Below, piece by piece: positions 19,950 through 29,842 of a stretch of 64,000 nt of DNA (position 1 is the first letter of the stretch; the number at the start of each line of letters is the position of its first letter). The stretch lies in NCBI GenBank assembly GCA_963707985.1, contig CAVPRW010000046.1, positions 96,001-160,000 on the forward strand, read 5' to 3'. The notes beneath the pieces are model-generated. The model was not told the origin of the DNA. It saw only the letters and a program-made list of their open reading frames with translations, and did no database searches. This DNA comes from an uncultured Nitrospinota bacterium. Its GTDB lineage: Bacteria > Tectomicrobia > Entotheonellia > J063 > CAVPRW01. Both the position numbers and the translations under genes were made by a program.

Positions 19950-20393
19950 ATGCCTCGACCCATAAGTCAATTACCTGCACCGTCGAAGACCGACTTGGAG
20001 ATCCTCACGGTGTTGTGGGACCAGCCGGTGGCCACGGGCCGGGCTATTTACGACGCCCTCCTGGATAGCGGTAGACTCCGGCGCCGGATTGCGTACACAA
20101 CGATCAAAACCTACCTGGATCGCTTGGTCCAGAAGGGCTACATCGACGGTCAACCCATCGGGGATGGGCGAGGCACCTACCGCTACACGGCCGTGGTTTC
20201 CCGGGCGGAGGTGTGCGACCATCCGGACCTCCTCGCGCGGTTCGTCCGCGTGTTCCGCCTGACACCAGCCGAGTTTACCCGCTGGTGCTACGCGCATGGC
20301 CGACTCAGTCAACAGGATAAGGCTGCCCTGCACACGCTGTTAGACCATCTTCCCGATCATACCTTACCGCCGACCGCACTGGTAGAGCCGTAA
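19950..20393 (+). CDS. BlaI/MecI/CopY-family repressor
   Basis: DLEILTVLW...IAYTTIKTYLDRLVQKGYI...YRYTAVVSR. Confidence 0.85.
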   Translation: MPRPISQLPAPSKTDLEILTVLWDQPVATGRAIYDALLDSGRLRRRIAYTTIKTYLDRLVQKGYIDGQPIGDGRGTYRYTAVVSRAEVCDHPDLLARFVRVFRLTPAEFTRWCYAHGRLSQQDKAALHTLLDHLPDHTLPPTALVEP

Positions 20394-20682
20394 GGAAGAG
20401 GGCTCGCTGCCCCCGTGGGCGTCATATGACGTACTCGAAGGCACTGGCCTAGCACACGGCTGAGACCCGGAAAAACCCACATGGTCATGCTCGACTTTTC
20501 AGGGCGGACCATGAGCGTATCTTGAACTTCCAAGGGGCCCCGTGCCACCAGGGTCAGTCGCATTTCCAAGCACTGTTGAGCATGCAGGACCCGCGTGGAC
20601 ATCGACCCGGCATCTGCGGCGGACGGACCGGCCGCGCGGACATCACCTTCGTAAGATCGAGGTATTACACACAGGAGGCCGT

Positions 20683-20886
20683 ATGAACCCGATTATGCAG
20701 CACTATTGGACACCAGAGGAACGTGCTCGCTATGGCATTCGTGGCATCGAGGACTTTTCGCCCGAAGAACTGGCGGCGCTGCAGGCCAAAGTCACGGGCT
20801 GGATTGGTCAGCGTGACCCACACCCCGTGAACACGCGCCACCGGTCACCATTTGTGATGAAACGGCGGACTGTGGCGCCGGCCTAG
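20683..20886 (+). CDS. Small hypothetical protein
   Basis: AGGAGG RBS; 67 aa starting MNPIMQHYW. Confidence 0.5.
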   Translation: MNPIMQHYWTPEERARYGIRGIEDFSPEELAALQAKVTGWIGQRDPHPVNTRHRSPFVMKRRTVAPA

Positions 20887-20933
20887 GGCGCCATGTTGCA
20901 AGGGAACGAACAGTGATCACGGAGGGGAACCAC

Positions 20934-21245
20934 ATGGTGAGCGTCATCGTTATAGTTGCCATCGTAGGGGGCGTCGGGTGGATGGTCTGGAAGCGTCGAG
21001 CCCGCTGGCACCCGGCCACGGCGTCAGGTACATCAGAGGGAGTGGCCCCCGAGCGCCTGGCGTTCGAGGCCTTCACGCATGGCAATTCGTGTCTGGCCGA
21101 GGGGAAGTTTGCCGAGGCGACCGCCGCTTTTCAGCGATCGCGCGAGCTCGATCCCAAGCGGCCCCATGTTGCCGAGCGACTCGCCGAAGTGGCCCGGCGA
21201 CAGCTCGCCGCAAGCCAGGCGCAGCCCGCCAGCACAACATCCTGA
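20934..21245 (+). CDS. Membrane-anchored single-TPR protein
   Basis: TM segment, then AFTHGNSCLAEGKFAEATAAFQRSRELDP. Confidence 0.7.
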   Translation: MVSVIVIVAIVGGVGWMVWKRRARWHPATASGTSEGVAPERLAFEAFTHGNSCLAEGKFAEATAAFQRSRELDPKRPHVAERLAEVARRQLAASQAQPASTTS

Positions 21246-21442
21246 GCCGGGTCTTGGAGCCTCACGGGTCCCACGAGCTGACGGTTTTCGGCAGGGCCTA
21301 AAGGATCGTGGAGGTGCTAGCGATCCCTCGGGCGCAGAGACGTCCGCATGAGCTCGCGGGTGCGCGCTTCCAAAGAGGGGACCTGAGAGGGGACGCGCGA
21401 TGGGCTACTTGGCGGGTGGAAAACCATACTGGGAGGGCAATA

Positions 21443-21658
21443 ATGGCCAAGCGATCCAGACAGACCTTTCAGAAGCATCAGAAGGAACAAGCACGGCAGC
21501 AGAAGCAAAGAACTAAGGCCGCTCGACGGCTCCAAGCTAAACAGCGCCGGGCCGATGGAGTGTCGGAGATGAGCTCACCTCCCGGGGAGTTAGTCGACAC
21601 ACAAGACGGTCCGCAGCCTGCTCCAGCGCTGGGAGATCTCGTCAGGGAGCCAACATAG
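21443..21658 (+). CDS. Small basic protein
   Basis: GGGAGG RBS; MAKRSRQTFQKHQKEQARQQKQ... Confidence 0.6.
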   Translation: MAKRSRQTFQKHQKEQARQQKQRTKAARRLQAKQRRADGVSEMSSPPGELVDTQDGPQPAPALGDLVREPT

Positions 21659-21829
21659 CCGCTGCCCATGCAAGGTGTCATGGCGCCGGCAACGATCCAT
21701 GCCGAGGTTCTCCAGGGAGCGATCGGCACCTAATCGTGAAGGCACACGAGCAAGGTATTGAGGTGGCTCGATGGCAACGGACGCCGCAGTCCGGGTCTTA
21801 ACGCCTGGTCAGCTGGACTCTTGCAGATA

Positions 21830-22747
21830 TCATTCGTGGAGAATTTCGACGCGCGAGGCGATCAGGAGGAAAGTACACCCACCTTCAGTGTAGCTGACTT
21901 CATGAACGGAACCAGCAGGCATTTGGTAGTAATCCCCAGGTCCAAGCACATGGCCGCCGACATGACCGTCACCCTCGATCATGTACACCCGCTCGGTGAT
22001 CGGATGGCGATGTCGTGGCAGTCTCGCGCCCGGGCGCATGCGCACCAGAGATGTATACGCTCGGCGCGCCGGATCGGAGAAGATGGGTTTCATAGCGACC
22101 CCCTCGGTCGGGCCATCTCTCCAAGCGCCCTCTGACCCCCGAATCGCCACCAAACCCTCCTGCGTTCCGGCCGCGTCTGAGTTCTCGGGGAGTTGTTCAG
22201 GCTCGGAGGCGCTGAGAATAAACGTGCAACCGTCCTGGCTATACGTGCTGCCATGGATGGTTCCAGAAATGGCAGCGCAATAATCGCCCGCACGCAGCAC
22301 TTGCCCTTCGACTGCAAGATCCCCCTCCAGTAAGTACAGCTCTTCGGTGTCTGTATGCCGGTGTGGAGGATAACGAATTCCGCGCTCCATCCGGACCAGG
22401 GCCGTGAAACGCCCCGTCGCCTGCTCACGGGAAAGGAATTTTAAGAGGATACCCTGCACATCGGCGCTCTCCCAGGCCCTTTCCGTGGAGCGGATAATCA
22501 TCGCACCAGTTTCGGCTTGCACACGGGACAACAATTGTGCGCGCACCTCTGGCCGCGGAAGTCCTGGTGGGGCAGCATAACCCAATGGCCCAACGAGCGC
22601 GGCAAAGCCATCGAGCTCTCTCTGGCAAGCGGGGCATCCTTCGCCAAGATGTGCTTCGAAGACGGCAGCCTCTTGCGGCGCCAGCACCCCAAGCGCATAC
22701 AAGCTGGCCAGCTCCAGCATGTCGTCGTGGTGCAGGTGAGGCCTCAT
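21830..22747 (-). CDS. Zinc anti-sigma factor with two ChrR-like cupin domains
   Basis: LYALG..FEAHLGEGCPAC; two cupins (PPHRHTDTEE..GDY, PRHRHPITE..GDY); ATGA coupling to the sigma gene. Confidence 0.85.
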   Translation of the reverse strand: MRPHLHHDDMLELASLYALGVLAPQEAAVFEAHLGEGCPACQRELDGFAALVGPLGYAAPPGLPRPEVRAQLLSRVQAETGAMIIRSTERAWESADVQGILLKFLSREQATGRFTALVRMERGIRYPPHRHTDTEELYLLEGDLAVEGQVLRAGDYCAAISGTIHGSTYSQDGCTFILSASEPEQLPENSDAAGTQEGLVAIRGSEGAWRDGPTEGVAMKPIFSDPARRAYTSLVRMRPGARLPRHRHPITERVYMIEGDGHVGGHVLGPGDYYQMPAGSVHEVSYTEGGCTFLLIASRVEILHE

Positions 22748-23475
22748 GGCTGTGCCTCCGCCAGCAAGGGAGCCAAATGTTCACGCAACAACAGCATCCC
22801 GGTCCGTATGCGCGTCTTGACAGTGCCCAGGGGTTGCCCCAACTTCGCAGCGATCTCGCTGTGGCTTAACCCTGAAAAATAGGCGATTTCAATGACCTCC
22901 CGCTGCTCCGGCGTAAGCCGCAACAGAGCCTGCTGGACAATGCGCCGCAGCTCGCTGCTGGCACTGCATGCTTCGGGATCGCCGATCAGTGAGACCACGG
23001 TCGTCGTTTCATCCAGCGACTCCTCACGTTCTCGCCGCAGGGTCTCAATGCGTAGACGATCGATGGCACGGCTGCGGGTGAGTGTCAACAGCCAGGCTGA
23101 GGCCGTGCCACGTTGTGCATCGAAGTGAGAAGCCTGGCGATGCACTTGCGTATAGACCTCAATGGTAACATCCTCTGCTGCATGTTGGTCACGCAGGATG
23201 CGCAGGGCCAGACCATACACCAGGGGATTGGTTTCGTCATAAAGCTCTGCCAGCGCCGACTGATCCCCCTGAGCCATGCGCGCAACAAGGGCCCCCAGTC
23301 GCTGCTCGCGGATGCGGTGCATGGCCAATTGATCGATGGGTTGGTCCATGCGCTCCATCCTGTGCAAATGCCCCACGTTGCCGGGCTTCCAACCCGCATT
23401 CGCTAAGGCTCCATGGTCGGAATCGAAAATGTCCACCGCATCCATGGCGTCTGTACACATCATCCACATTCCCAT
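22744..23475 (-). CDS. ECF sigma factor (SigK-like; true start may be ~23349)
   Basis: GDQSALAELYD, AEDV, RSRAIDRLR and EIAAKLGQPLGTVKTRIR. Confidence 0.9.
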   Translation of the reverse strand: MGMWMMCTDAMDAVDIFDSDHGALANAGWKPGNVGHLHRMERMDQPIDQLAMHRIREQRLGALVARMAQGDQSALAELYDETNPLVYGLALRILRDQHAAEDVTIEVYTQVHRQASHFDAQRGTASAWLLTLTRSRAIDRLRIETLRREREESLDETTTVVSLIGDPEACSASSELRRIVQQALLRLTPEQREVIEIAYFSGLSHSEIAAKLGQPLGTVKTRIRTGMLLLREHLAPLLAEAQP

Positions 23476-23534
23476 AGCACGATCCAGCGCCTATCGTCAA
23501 GCAGGAGTTGAAAGGCCATGTGTTGTGAGATCCT

Positions 23535-25100
23535 TTACAACTGGATCAGGAGAATATTGGCAGAGACCAGCGCCTGAATCGCAATGGCCAGGCCAAATCC
23601 TGTCATCACAGCCGCCGAAGTCAGCGGTAGCCAGCGAGTCATCAGGACCCCGTTCCCCTGGAATCGCTCCATGAGACGATGCGCATACACCATCAGGATG
23701 CCGATGGCGATCAACACCGCAGCTAGACCGATGCTGAAGGCCACAATCAGCAACAGTCCAAAGCTTACGCGATTCAACGACAGGGCACTCAGGAGCACCA
23801 CAAGCGCCGCGGGACAGGGGACAATGCCACCAGTCACACCCAACGTCAGCAGCTCACGGCGCGAGACTGCCGACGGCGAATGTTGATGATGGTGCGGGTG
23901 ATGGTCGTGCGGGTGGGGATGTTCGGCCTTATGCTCATGGACGCCATCATGGTGGTGAACATGGGCGTGAGCATAGCCGAGTGCATGCGCATGGGAATGG
24001 GCATGATCCGATCCGGCATACCTTCGGAGCAGAAGCGACAACCCGAGGCCTGCAATGATCAGCCCGGATGTGACCCCAAGCCAGGGATAGAGGCGCTCGG
24101 GGACGATATAGTGCGACGCAAACAGCGTGATGGCACCCAGGGCGTACACCCCCGCCGTATGCGTGACGGTGACGATCAAGCCCAATACAAGAGCGTGCCA
24201 GGCTGTTCCCCGTGATCCCACCAGATAAGCCGCCACCACGGTCTTGCCATGGCCGGGCTCCAGGGCATGAAAGGCCCCGAGACCGACGGCAACGGCCAGC
24301 GTCACCAGCACGATTCCCAGGCTCAACTGCGGAGCGGTGACCAGTTCGGTGAACGAGCTACGTGGAGACATCTGACGGTTGGTTTCAAGCCGAACCGGCT
24401 CAATACGCGGCCGCATCTCACCTACCACGGAGTCCCCTCCCCCCGCCACGACATCAGGCGCCCTTGACTGCCATGTGAAGATCACTCGTGCCTCCACATC
24501 CTGCGGCGGGCTGTTCAGTAAGTCCGTCGGGTAATCGGCCAACTCCCGGCTGCGGTCACGCTCGGGCACGGTGCTACGCATCAGCACGATCTCCGGCCCA
24601 GTCGTGGCAATGACCTCCTTCCAGCCAGCACGTCCTGGAAAATTCGTGTCCCGAAAGTGCAGCTCATGGGCGGTGGCCACGGAGGCATGCTCGAGTGCTG
24701 CACGAAAGCGCATCCCCAGCTTGAGGGTGGGTAGACCGCCGGCACCGGGGGGGAACATTACCTCGTTGTCTTCAAATCTAAGGGGGAGACGCTGACCGTT
24801 GAGCTCCAGGATCAGACCGGAGCGCAGGCCATCGACCCGTTGCGCGAGATAGGCTGGCAGGCTCGAATCTCCTACCTGTGGCACGATCCGCCTGTCCTGA
24901 ATCTCCTGGAAGGTGGGGATCTCGGCCATATCGATGATATAGCGCAGCAGCACGGCATTCGCTTCGAAACGAATAGCCGTATAGTGGCTGATACTAAAAT
25001 TCCCCAACGGGTGGGCCGAGCCGAGATGAGGTATGGTCAGGGCCCCGACGACCGCCAGCGCCGCCAAGTAACGAGACCAGCGCAGCGGTTTAGTGGTCAT
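23535..25100 (-). CDS. RcnA/NiCoT-type Ni/Co transporter with exported N-terminal domain
   Basis: Signal + HPLGNF; HALEPGHGKT, His-rich loop and GGIVPCP. Confidence 0.88.
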   Translation of the reverse strand: MTTKPLRWSRYLAALAVVGALTIPHLGSAHPLGNFSISHYTAIRFEANAVLLRYIIDMAEIPTFQEIQDRRIVPQVGDSSLPAYLAQRVDGLRSGLILELNGQRLPLRFEDNEVMFPPGAGGLPTLKLGMRFRAALEHASVATAHELHFRDTNFPGRAGWKEVIATTGPEIVLMRSTVPERDRSRELADYPTDLLNSPPQDVEARVIFTWQSRAPDVVAGGGDSVVGEMRPRIEPVRLETNRQMSPRSSFTELVTAPQLSLGIVLVTLAVAVGLGAFHALEPGHGKTVVAAYLVGSRGTAWHALVLGLIVTVTHTAGVYALGAITLFASHYIVPERLYPWLGVTSGLIIAGLGLSLLLRRYAGSDHAHSHAHALGYAHAHVHHHDGVHEHKAEHPHPHDHHPHHHQHSPSAVSRRELLTLGVTGGIVPCPAALVVLLSALSLNRVSFGLLLIVAFSIGLAAVLIAIGILMVYAHRLMERFQGNGVLMTRWLPLTSAAVMTGFGLAIAIQALVSANILLIQL

Positions 25101-26400
25101 CGGTCTGCTCCTGGAGCACCGCCGTGGCGAGCTGCGCCTCAATCGCTGTGAGGGTATGCTTCGTCGCCTCGGCATGCAGGATATGAAAATACGGATTCGT
25201 CGCTAGCGCTAGCCGCAGATAGTCGCGCGCCTTCTCGTGCTGCGCCAGGCGATGATGGATCATCCCGGCGTGGAAGAACAGCCGCGCATCCTTGGTGCCC
25301 AGTTTCAACGCTTCCATCATGGCCGTGAGGGCCTCTTGGGGCTGACCATTCTTATACAATGCCCAGGCCAGGACATCGAAAGCGTAGACATCCTGTCTGA
25401 CCTCCAGCTCGCGCTTGGCGAGGTCGAGTGCTTCAGGTAATTTACGGTCGTGATCAGCATAAAAATACGCCAATTCCCGGTTGTACAGCACCTTGTTGAG
25501 CGTATTCAGATAGCCAATGTACTCCACCAGATCGTACTGCTTCTGAGCCTCCTCGGGTCGTCCCAGCTTTGCATAGACATCGCCAAGGGCCGCCGCATAA
25601 TCGGGCAAGGGTATGATGGCGATGGCTTTGCGGTAGAGATCGACCGCTTCCGGATCACGTTGCTGAGCTGCGCGCACCTGAGCTAATCCAGCCAAAGCCC
25701 GGTAATAGTCCGGATAGGTGTTGAGGGCCTGCAGATAACTCGCTTCTGCTGCCGGCAGCTGGCCCAGGGCCCACAGCTCATTTCCGAGTTGCCACATGGC
25801 CCAAGCGATACTCTCGGGTGGACGTTCCTGTGCTTGCCCGAGTTGAATGGCACGTTCGAGGTCAGCGATGGCGCCTGCCGTATCCCCTTGCAGACTCTTC
25901 AGACCAGATAGGCGGCTGTAGGCATACAAATCTCCCTGCAGTTGGATCATACGCTGATAGGTGTGGGCAGCTGCCTCGTATTTCCCGACTTCAAGGTACG
26001 CATCGCCCAGGATGCCATAGGCATGACTATCGGCGGGATCGAGTGCCACAGCTTTCTGCGCCTGTACAGCGGCTTCGTCAAAGCCATGCCGCATGTACAT
26101 GGCATAGGCGAGGTGCCGCGCCGCCCCGCTGTGATCCGGAGCGATCTCCAGGCATTTCTGGAGGGCTTTCTCGGCTAGATCGATATACAGGATATCACCG
26201 CTCTCCCGAGCTTTTTGCATATAGGCATCGCCCAGGCGATAGTAGACCGTGGCGTCCCGCGAATGGCGTTGGAGCAGGCGTTGAGCCCTGAGGATGGCGT
26301 CATCCGTGGCCGCGGACTGAGCCCACAGCAGGTCTGACGGCATTTCCAGCGACAGTAAAGCCGCGACGATCATCATAGCCACGTAGCGAAGTGTGTACAT
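25090..26400 (-). CDS. Exported TPR protein
   Basis: Signal peptide and multiple TPR repeats. Confidence 0.85.
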   Translation of the reverse strand: MYTLRYVAMMIVAALLSLEMPSDLLWAQSAATDDAILRAQRLLQRHSRDATVYYRLGDAYMQKARESGDILYIDLAEKALQKCLEIAPDHSGAARHLAYAMYMRHGFDEAAVQAQKAVALDPADSHAYGILGDAYLEVGKYEAAAHTYQRMIQLQGDLYAYSRLSGLKSLQGDTAGAIADLERAIQLGQAQERPPESIAWAMWQLGNELWALGQLPAAEASYLQALNTYPDYYRALAGLAQVRAAQQRDPEAVDLYRKAIAIIPLPDYAAALGDVYAKLGRPEEAQKQYDLVEYIGYLNTLNKVLYNRELAYFYADHDRKLPEALDLAKRELEVRQDVYAFDVLAWALYKNGQPQEALTAMMEALKLGTKDARLFFHAGMIHHRLAQHEKARDYLRLALATNPYFHILHAEATKHTLTAIEAQLATAVLQEQTDDH

Positions 26401-26470
26401 CACGAGACCTCCCATCTGTACAATGAGCCATGATCTCTTCCCCGTCGTGAGCTCTTTGCCCCCCCACTCC

Positions 26471-26495
26471 GTCCCTCTCCCGAAGGGAGAGGGAC
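26471..26495. repeat. REP-like palindrome (related copies at 46836-46854 and 47574-47592)
   Basis: GTCCCTCTCCC-GAA-GGGAGAGGGAC. Confidence 0.6.
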
Positions 26496-26517
26496 CTGGA
26501 GGAGAGCACGACAGGCC

Positions 26518-28017
26518 TTAGCGGCGGCCTCCAATCGGCGTCGGGAGGAAGGGAAACGCGGTGGCAATGCCGTTTGCCGTGACATCCGGCGTGCCCGGTA
26601 ACACCTCGCTGAAATTCACCCCATCGCCCAGGCGATTGTGCGGGAATCCCGCCGTTGGCCCTGGAACAAGGACCCCCGCGACCACGCGGAGAGCAATGTC
26701 GGTCACATCATCATTCGGGCGGCGCCCGTTGGGCCAACCGGCTGGGTCGGGGGTTAGGTTGCCTGCCGCATCATGCGCCAGCACCGTCAAGCGCTTCTGG
26801 TCAGCTGCCGGTGTTGGCGAGACCGTGAGATTGAGCCGTAACAGTTCAGAACATGGGTTATGTCTCGAACAGCCATTCGGACTCTGGCCTTCGTATTGCA
26901 GCAGCACCGCGACAAGGTCGCTCCGCGGTGTCGCCGGAATCGGGATGCCGAAGGCCAAGTTCAAGACGGCAGCTAGGCTGGGATTTTGATAGAACTCGAG
27001 GAATTTTACCTCAGCGGCCGGATCGGTCGCGTTCCAGCGATCTTTTTGGCCAGTGCCGATAATCAGCTCATTGACCAGTGGGTTGGCCATTCTCGCCACT
27101 TGCGTGAAATGCCCGGCAGTCTCCGAAGTACCGTCCTTCTTCCGCACCTCCACCTTCCGACGGCTGGTAGAGGCATACATGCCGACAACCGGTGGGAGGG
27201 CGGCGATGGGTACCTCGATGGCGATGGTGTTGATGTTCAATTCCTGGAAATCGTTGAGCCCAAAAGGATTGGTCGCGTCGTCGGCATCCTCGGGATCCGA
27301 CAACACCGGGGGATTGCGCCGAAAGTTCAGGGTGTCGAAGGTCGAGCCTAGGTCGATATAAAAGGTTTCCTTGCGCTGTCCTGCAAAGACCCGGATGCCT
27401 CCACCGAGGTCGAAGATTCCTTGTGCCGCCAGCGCAGGATAGTTCGGCATTGTCCGGGTACCGACGTTGGATGGCACGGCGATGAGCGGCTTGCCGCTAC
27501 TATCGGTGGAGATGTCAAAAAATTCTTGCCCATAGCTATTCACGGCCCGCACGCTGTAGTGCTGCCGCAGCCCGAGCCCGGCAGAGCCGTCGCCATCGAG
27601 GGTCGTAATCGGCGGTGGCAATCCCGGCACGGAATCAACACCGGCATAGGCGATGGGAAGACCGGTGAATGGTGGCCGAATCTCGGTGCTGAAGCGGAAT
27701 TGAACAGTGACATCATCCGCCTTGCCATCGGCGTTGAGGTCGAAATGGAAGGCATACAGCACATCGTCATCGAAGTTGAAGAAGTTTGGCCCCGACGCTG
27801 GCACCTGCGACGGGATCACGTTCATAATGAACACGGCTTTGCTCGGGTCCTCCCAGCTGCGAAAGGCATACACGTCCGTGATGTCCGCCGTCGGGTCGAG
27901 GGCGATGAGCGGCGCCTCCCGATGGCTAGCGGCCCAAGTGATTGGCGCGCTAGTGGCGATCATCAGCCCCGCCATCAGTGCGGCGATGATGCGAAAGGTC
28001 CGATGCGTCTTATCCAT
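26518..28017 (-). CDS. Exported DUF4331 protein
   Basis: Signal + ASHREAPLI..DITDVYAF; QVARMANPLVNE; GWPNGRRPNDDVTD. Confidence 0.9.
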   Translation of the reverse strand: MDKTHRTFRIIAALMAGLMIATSAPITWAASHREAPLIALDPTADITDVYAFRSWEDPSKAVFIMNVIPSQVPASGPNFFNFDDDVLYAFHFDLNADGKADDVTVQFRFSTEIRPPFTGLPIAYAGVDSVPGLPPPITTLDGDGSAGLGLRQHYSVRAVNSYGQEFFDISTDSSGKPLIAVPSNVGTRTMPNYPALAAQGIFDLGGGIRVFAGQRKETFYIDLGSTFDTLNFRRNPPVLSDPEDADDATNPFGLNDFQELNINTIAIEVPIAALPPVVGMYASTSRRKVEVRKKDGTSETAGHFTQVARMANPLVNELIIGTGQKDRWNATDPAAEVKFLEFYQNPSLAAVLNLAFGIPIPATPRSDLVAVLLQYEGQSPNGCSRHNPCSELLRLNLTVSPTPAADQKRLTVLAHDAAGNLTPDPAGWPNGRRPNDDVTDIALRVVAGVLVPGPTAGFPHNRLGDGVNFSEVLPGTPDVTANGIATAFPFLPTPIGGRR

Positions 28018-28205
28018 CTTTGCTTCCCTCCGATCCAGCCACATTGCCGTTGACATGAGCGCGTGGGCGTTCGAATCCCGTGCTTCTCTACCTATTAAGC
28101 TCGCAGGAGGGGGTGGAACGCCTTCGCGATGCTTACAGCGCCGACAGCCCAAGCCAAGAGTGCCGGCGTATGCACGGCATGATGACTACAGGTGTCATCT
28201 CCCTC

Positions 28206-28231
28206 TACGTTTGGTGTAATGGTTTGGATTG
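28206..28231 (-). promoter_or_regulatory. Candidate ECF promoter for the DUF4331 operon
   Basis: Minus strand CAATCC-16 bp-CGTA, matching the xATCC...CGTA shape of SigK-like ECF promoters. Confidence 0.5.
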
Positions 28232-28281
28232 TTGCGGCGACAAAAAAATTGGGGCGCTAGTCCCCGGTCCATGGTACAAAA

Positions 28282-28842
28282 ATGGACATGGCTGCTGATC
28301 TGTCGGACAATCCGATCGCTCTTTTGCAGCAGATGGCGCGTGGCGATGGTGAAGCGTTCAGGCGTTTTTATGATCGTTACGCCTCGCTGGTCTTCACCTT
28401 TGCCATCCGCCTTCTGGGCTCCCGCTCGGACGCGGAAGACCTGTTACAGGAGGTGTTTCTGCAGGTGTGGCGTCAGGCCCAGAGCTATAGTCCGGAGCGC
28501 GGCAGCCCAGAGGCATGGCTCATCACCATGACGCGTAGTCGAGCAATCGATAAGTTACGTTCGCTTCGTAGAAGAGATGAAAGGCCGTTATCTCCAGACG
28601 ACCTGCTGCCCCTCGAAGGGGAGAGGCAAATAGCGCCTCCAACCCACGCGTCAGAGGCCAAGCTCACGCTGCAAGGGGTCCTGGCTAAACTTCCGGAGGC
28701 GCAACGGACCGTGCTGGAGTTGGCATATTTTGATGGATTGACCCAGTCTGAGATCGCGTCTCACCTCAGAGAGCCTCTCGGGACGGTGAAGACCCGGATA
28801 CGGGCTGGGCTCGAGCGTCTCCGGGGATTCCTGGGGGCATAA
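28282..28842 (+). CDS. ECF sigma factor (SigK-like)
   Basis: GDGEAFRRFYDRY, AEDLLQEVF, RSRAIDKLR and PLGTVKTRIR. Confidence 0.92.
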   Translation: MDMAADLSDNPIALLQQMARGDGEAFRRFYDRYASLVFTFAIRLLGSRSDAEDLLQEVFLQVWRQAQSYSPERGSPEAWLITMTRSRAIDKLRSLRRRDERPLSPDDLLPLEGERQIAPPTHASEAKLTLQGVLAKLPEAQRTVLELAYFDGLTQSEIASHLREPLGTVKTRIRAGLERLRGFLGA

Positions 28843-28859
28843 CCTACTGGCAGGTTGCT

Positions 28860-29816
28860 ATGAATCACCAGGTTGACATGAATCACCAGGATTGGCTGGC
28901 GCAGGCAGGCATCTATGCGCTTGGGGCATTGGACAGCGACGAGCTTCTCGCCTTTGAAGCCCATCTGGCTGCGGGTTGCCCCGAGTGCGAAGCGCACCTA
29001 CGCCAGACGCGTGAGGCCCTCACCCTTCTGCCGCATGCACTCGAGCCGATCACTCCGCCGGCGACGGTCAGAGCACGACTGCTGGCACAGATCGCCGCCG
29101 AGGCTGCCATGCCGCAACCGATCACGCGTCTCCCCAGGCGGCCGTGGTGGAGGATGGGGGTGAGCGCATTGGCGGCGGCCGGCTTGCTCGTGGCCTTGAG
29201 CGTCAAGCTCTATCAAATGCGGCAGGAGGTGCAGCACCTCCAGGGGCAAGTGGCGACGCTACAAGCCACGATCACGGACCGAGAAGCGGCCCTCGCGGCT
29301 GAGCGGCATGAACTGCAACGCGCCACCGAGCTGGTGGCGAGCCTGCGGGCAGAATTGGCCAAACGTGAGGAAACACTTGAGGCGGACCGACGCGAACGCG
29401 AGCGTATCGAGCGCGTCGTGGCGACGATGCAGGGTGAGATCGTCGAGCGCGAAGCGGCGCTTCGCCTACTCTCGACTCCACAGGTAAGCTTGGTGCGCTT
29501 GACTGGGCTGTCGCCTAGCCCACGCGCCAACGCTCATCTGCTATGGAACCCTGCCGCACAAACAGGCGTGCTGTCGACCTCCGGTCTGCCCCAAATCCCA
29601 CGCGACCGAGTCTACGAGTTGTGGGCGTTTGCCGGTAACGAACCCGTACCGGCGGGGATTTTCCAGGTGGATGAGGCGGGTCACAGCTTCCTACGACTGC
29701 CATCCCTGCCACCTCCGCCAAGAGGCAAGCGCTATGGCAAGTTTGCCGTGACCAGCGAACCGGCCGGCGGTGTGCCCAAACCCACCGGCCAAGTGCATCT
29801 GTTGGGAAGCTTATAG
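28860..29816 (+). CDS. RskA-type membrane anti-sigma factor with coiled-coil spacer
   Basis: FEAHLAAGCPEC, TM helix, coiled coil, then YELW..PVPAG..FAVTSEPAGG. Confidence 0.88.
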   Translation: MNHQVDMNHQDWLAQAGIYALGALDSDELLAFEAHLAAGCPECEAHLRQTREALTLLPHALEPITPPATVRARLLAQIAAEAAMPQPITRLPRRPWWRMGVSALAAAGLLVALSVKLYQMRQEVQHLQGQVATLQATITDREAALAAERHELQRATELVASLRAELAKREETLEADRRERERIERVVATMQGEIVEREAALRLLSTPQVSLVRLTGLSPSPRANAHLLWNPAAQTGVLSTSGLPQIPRDRVYELWAFAGNEPVPAGIFQVDEAGHSFLRLPSLPPPPRGKRYGKFAVTSEPAGGVPKPTGQVHLLGSL

Positions 29817-29842
29817 TCGGCAAGCCCCAACGTTGGTGCGGC

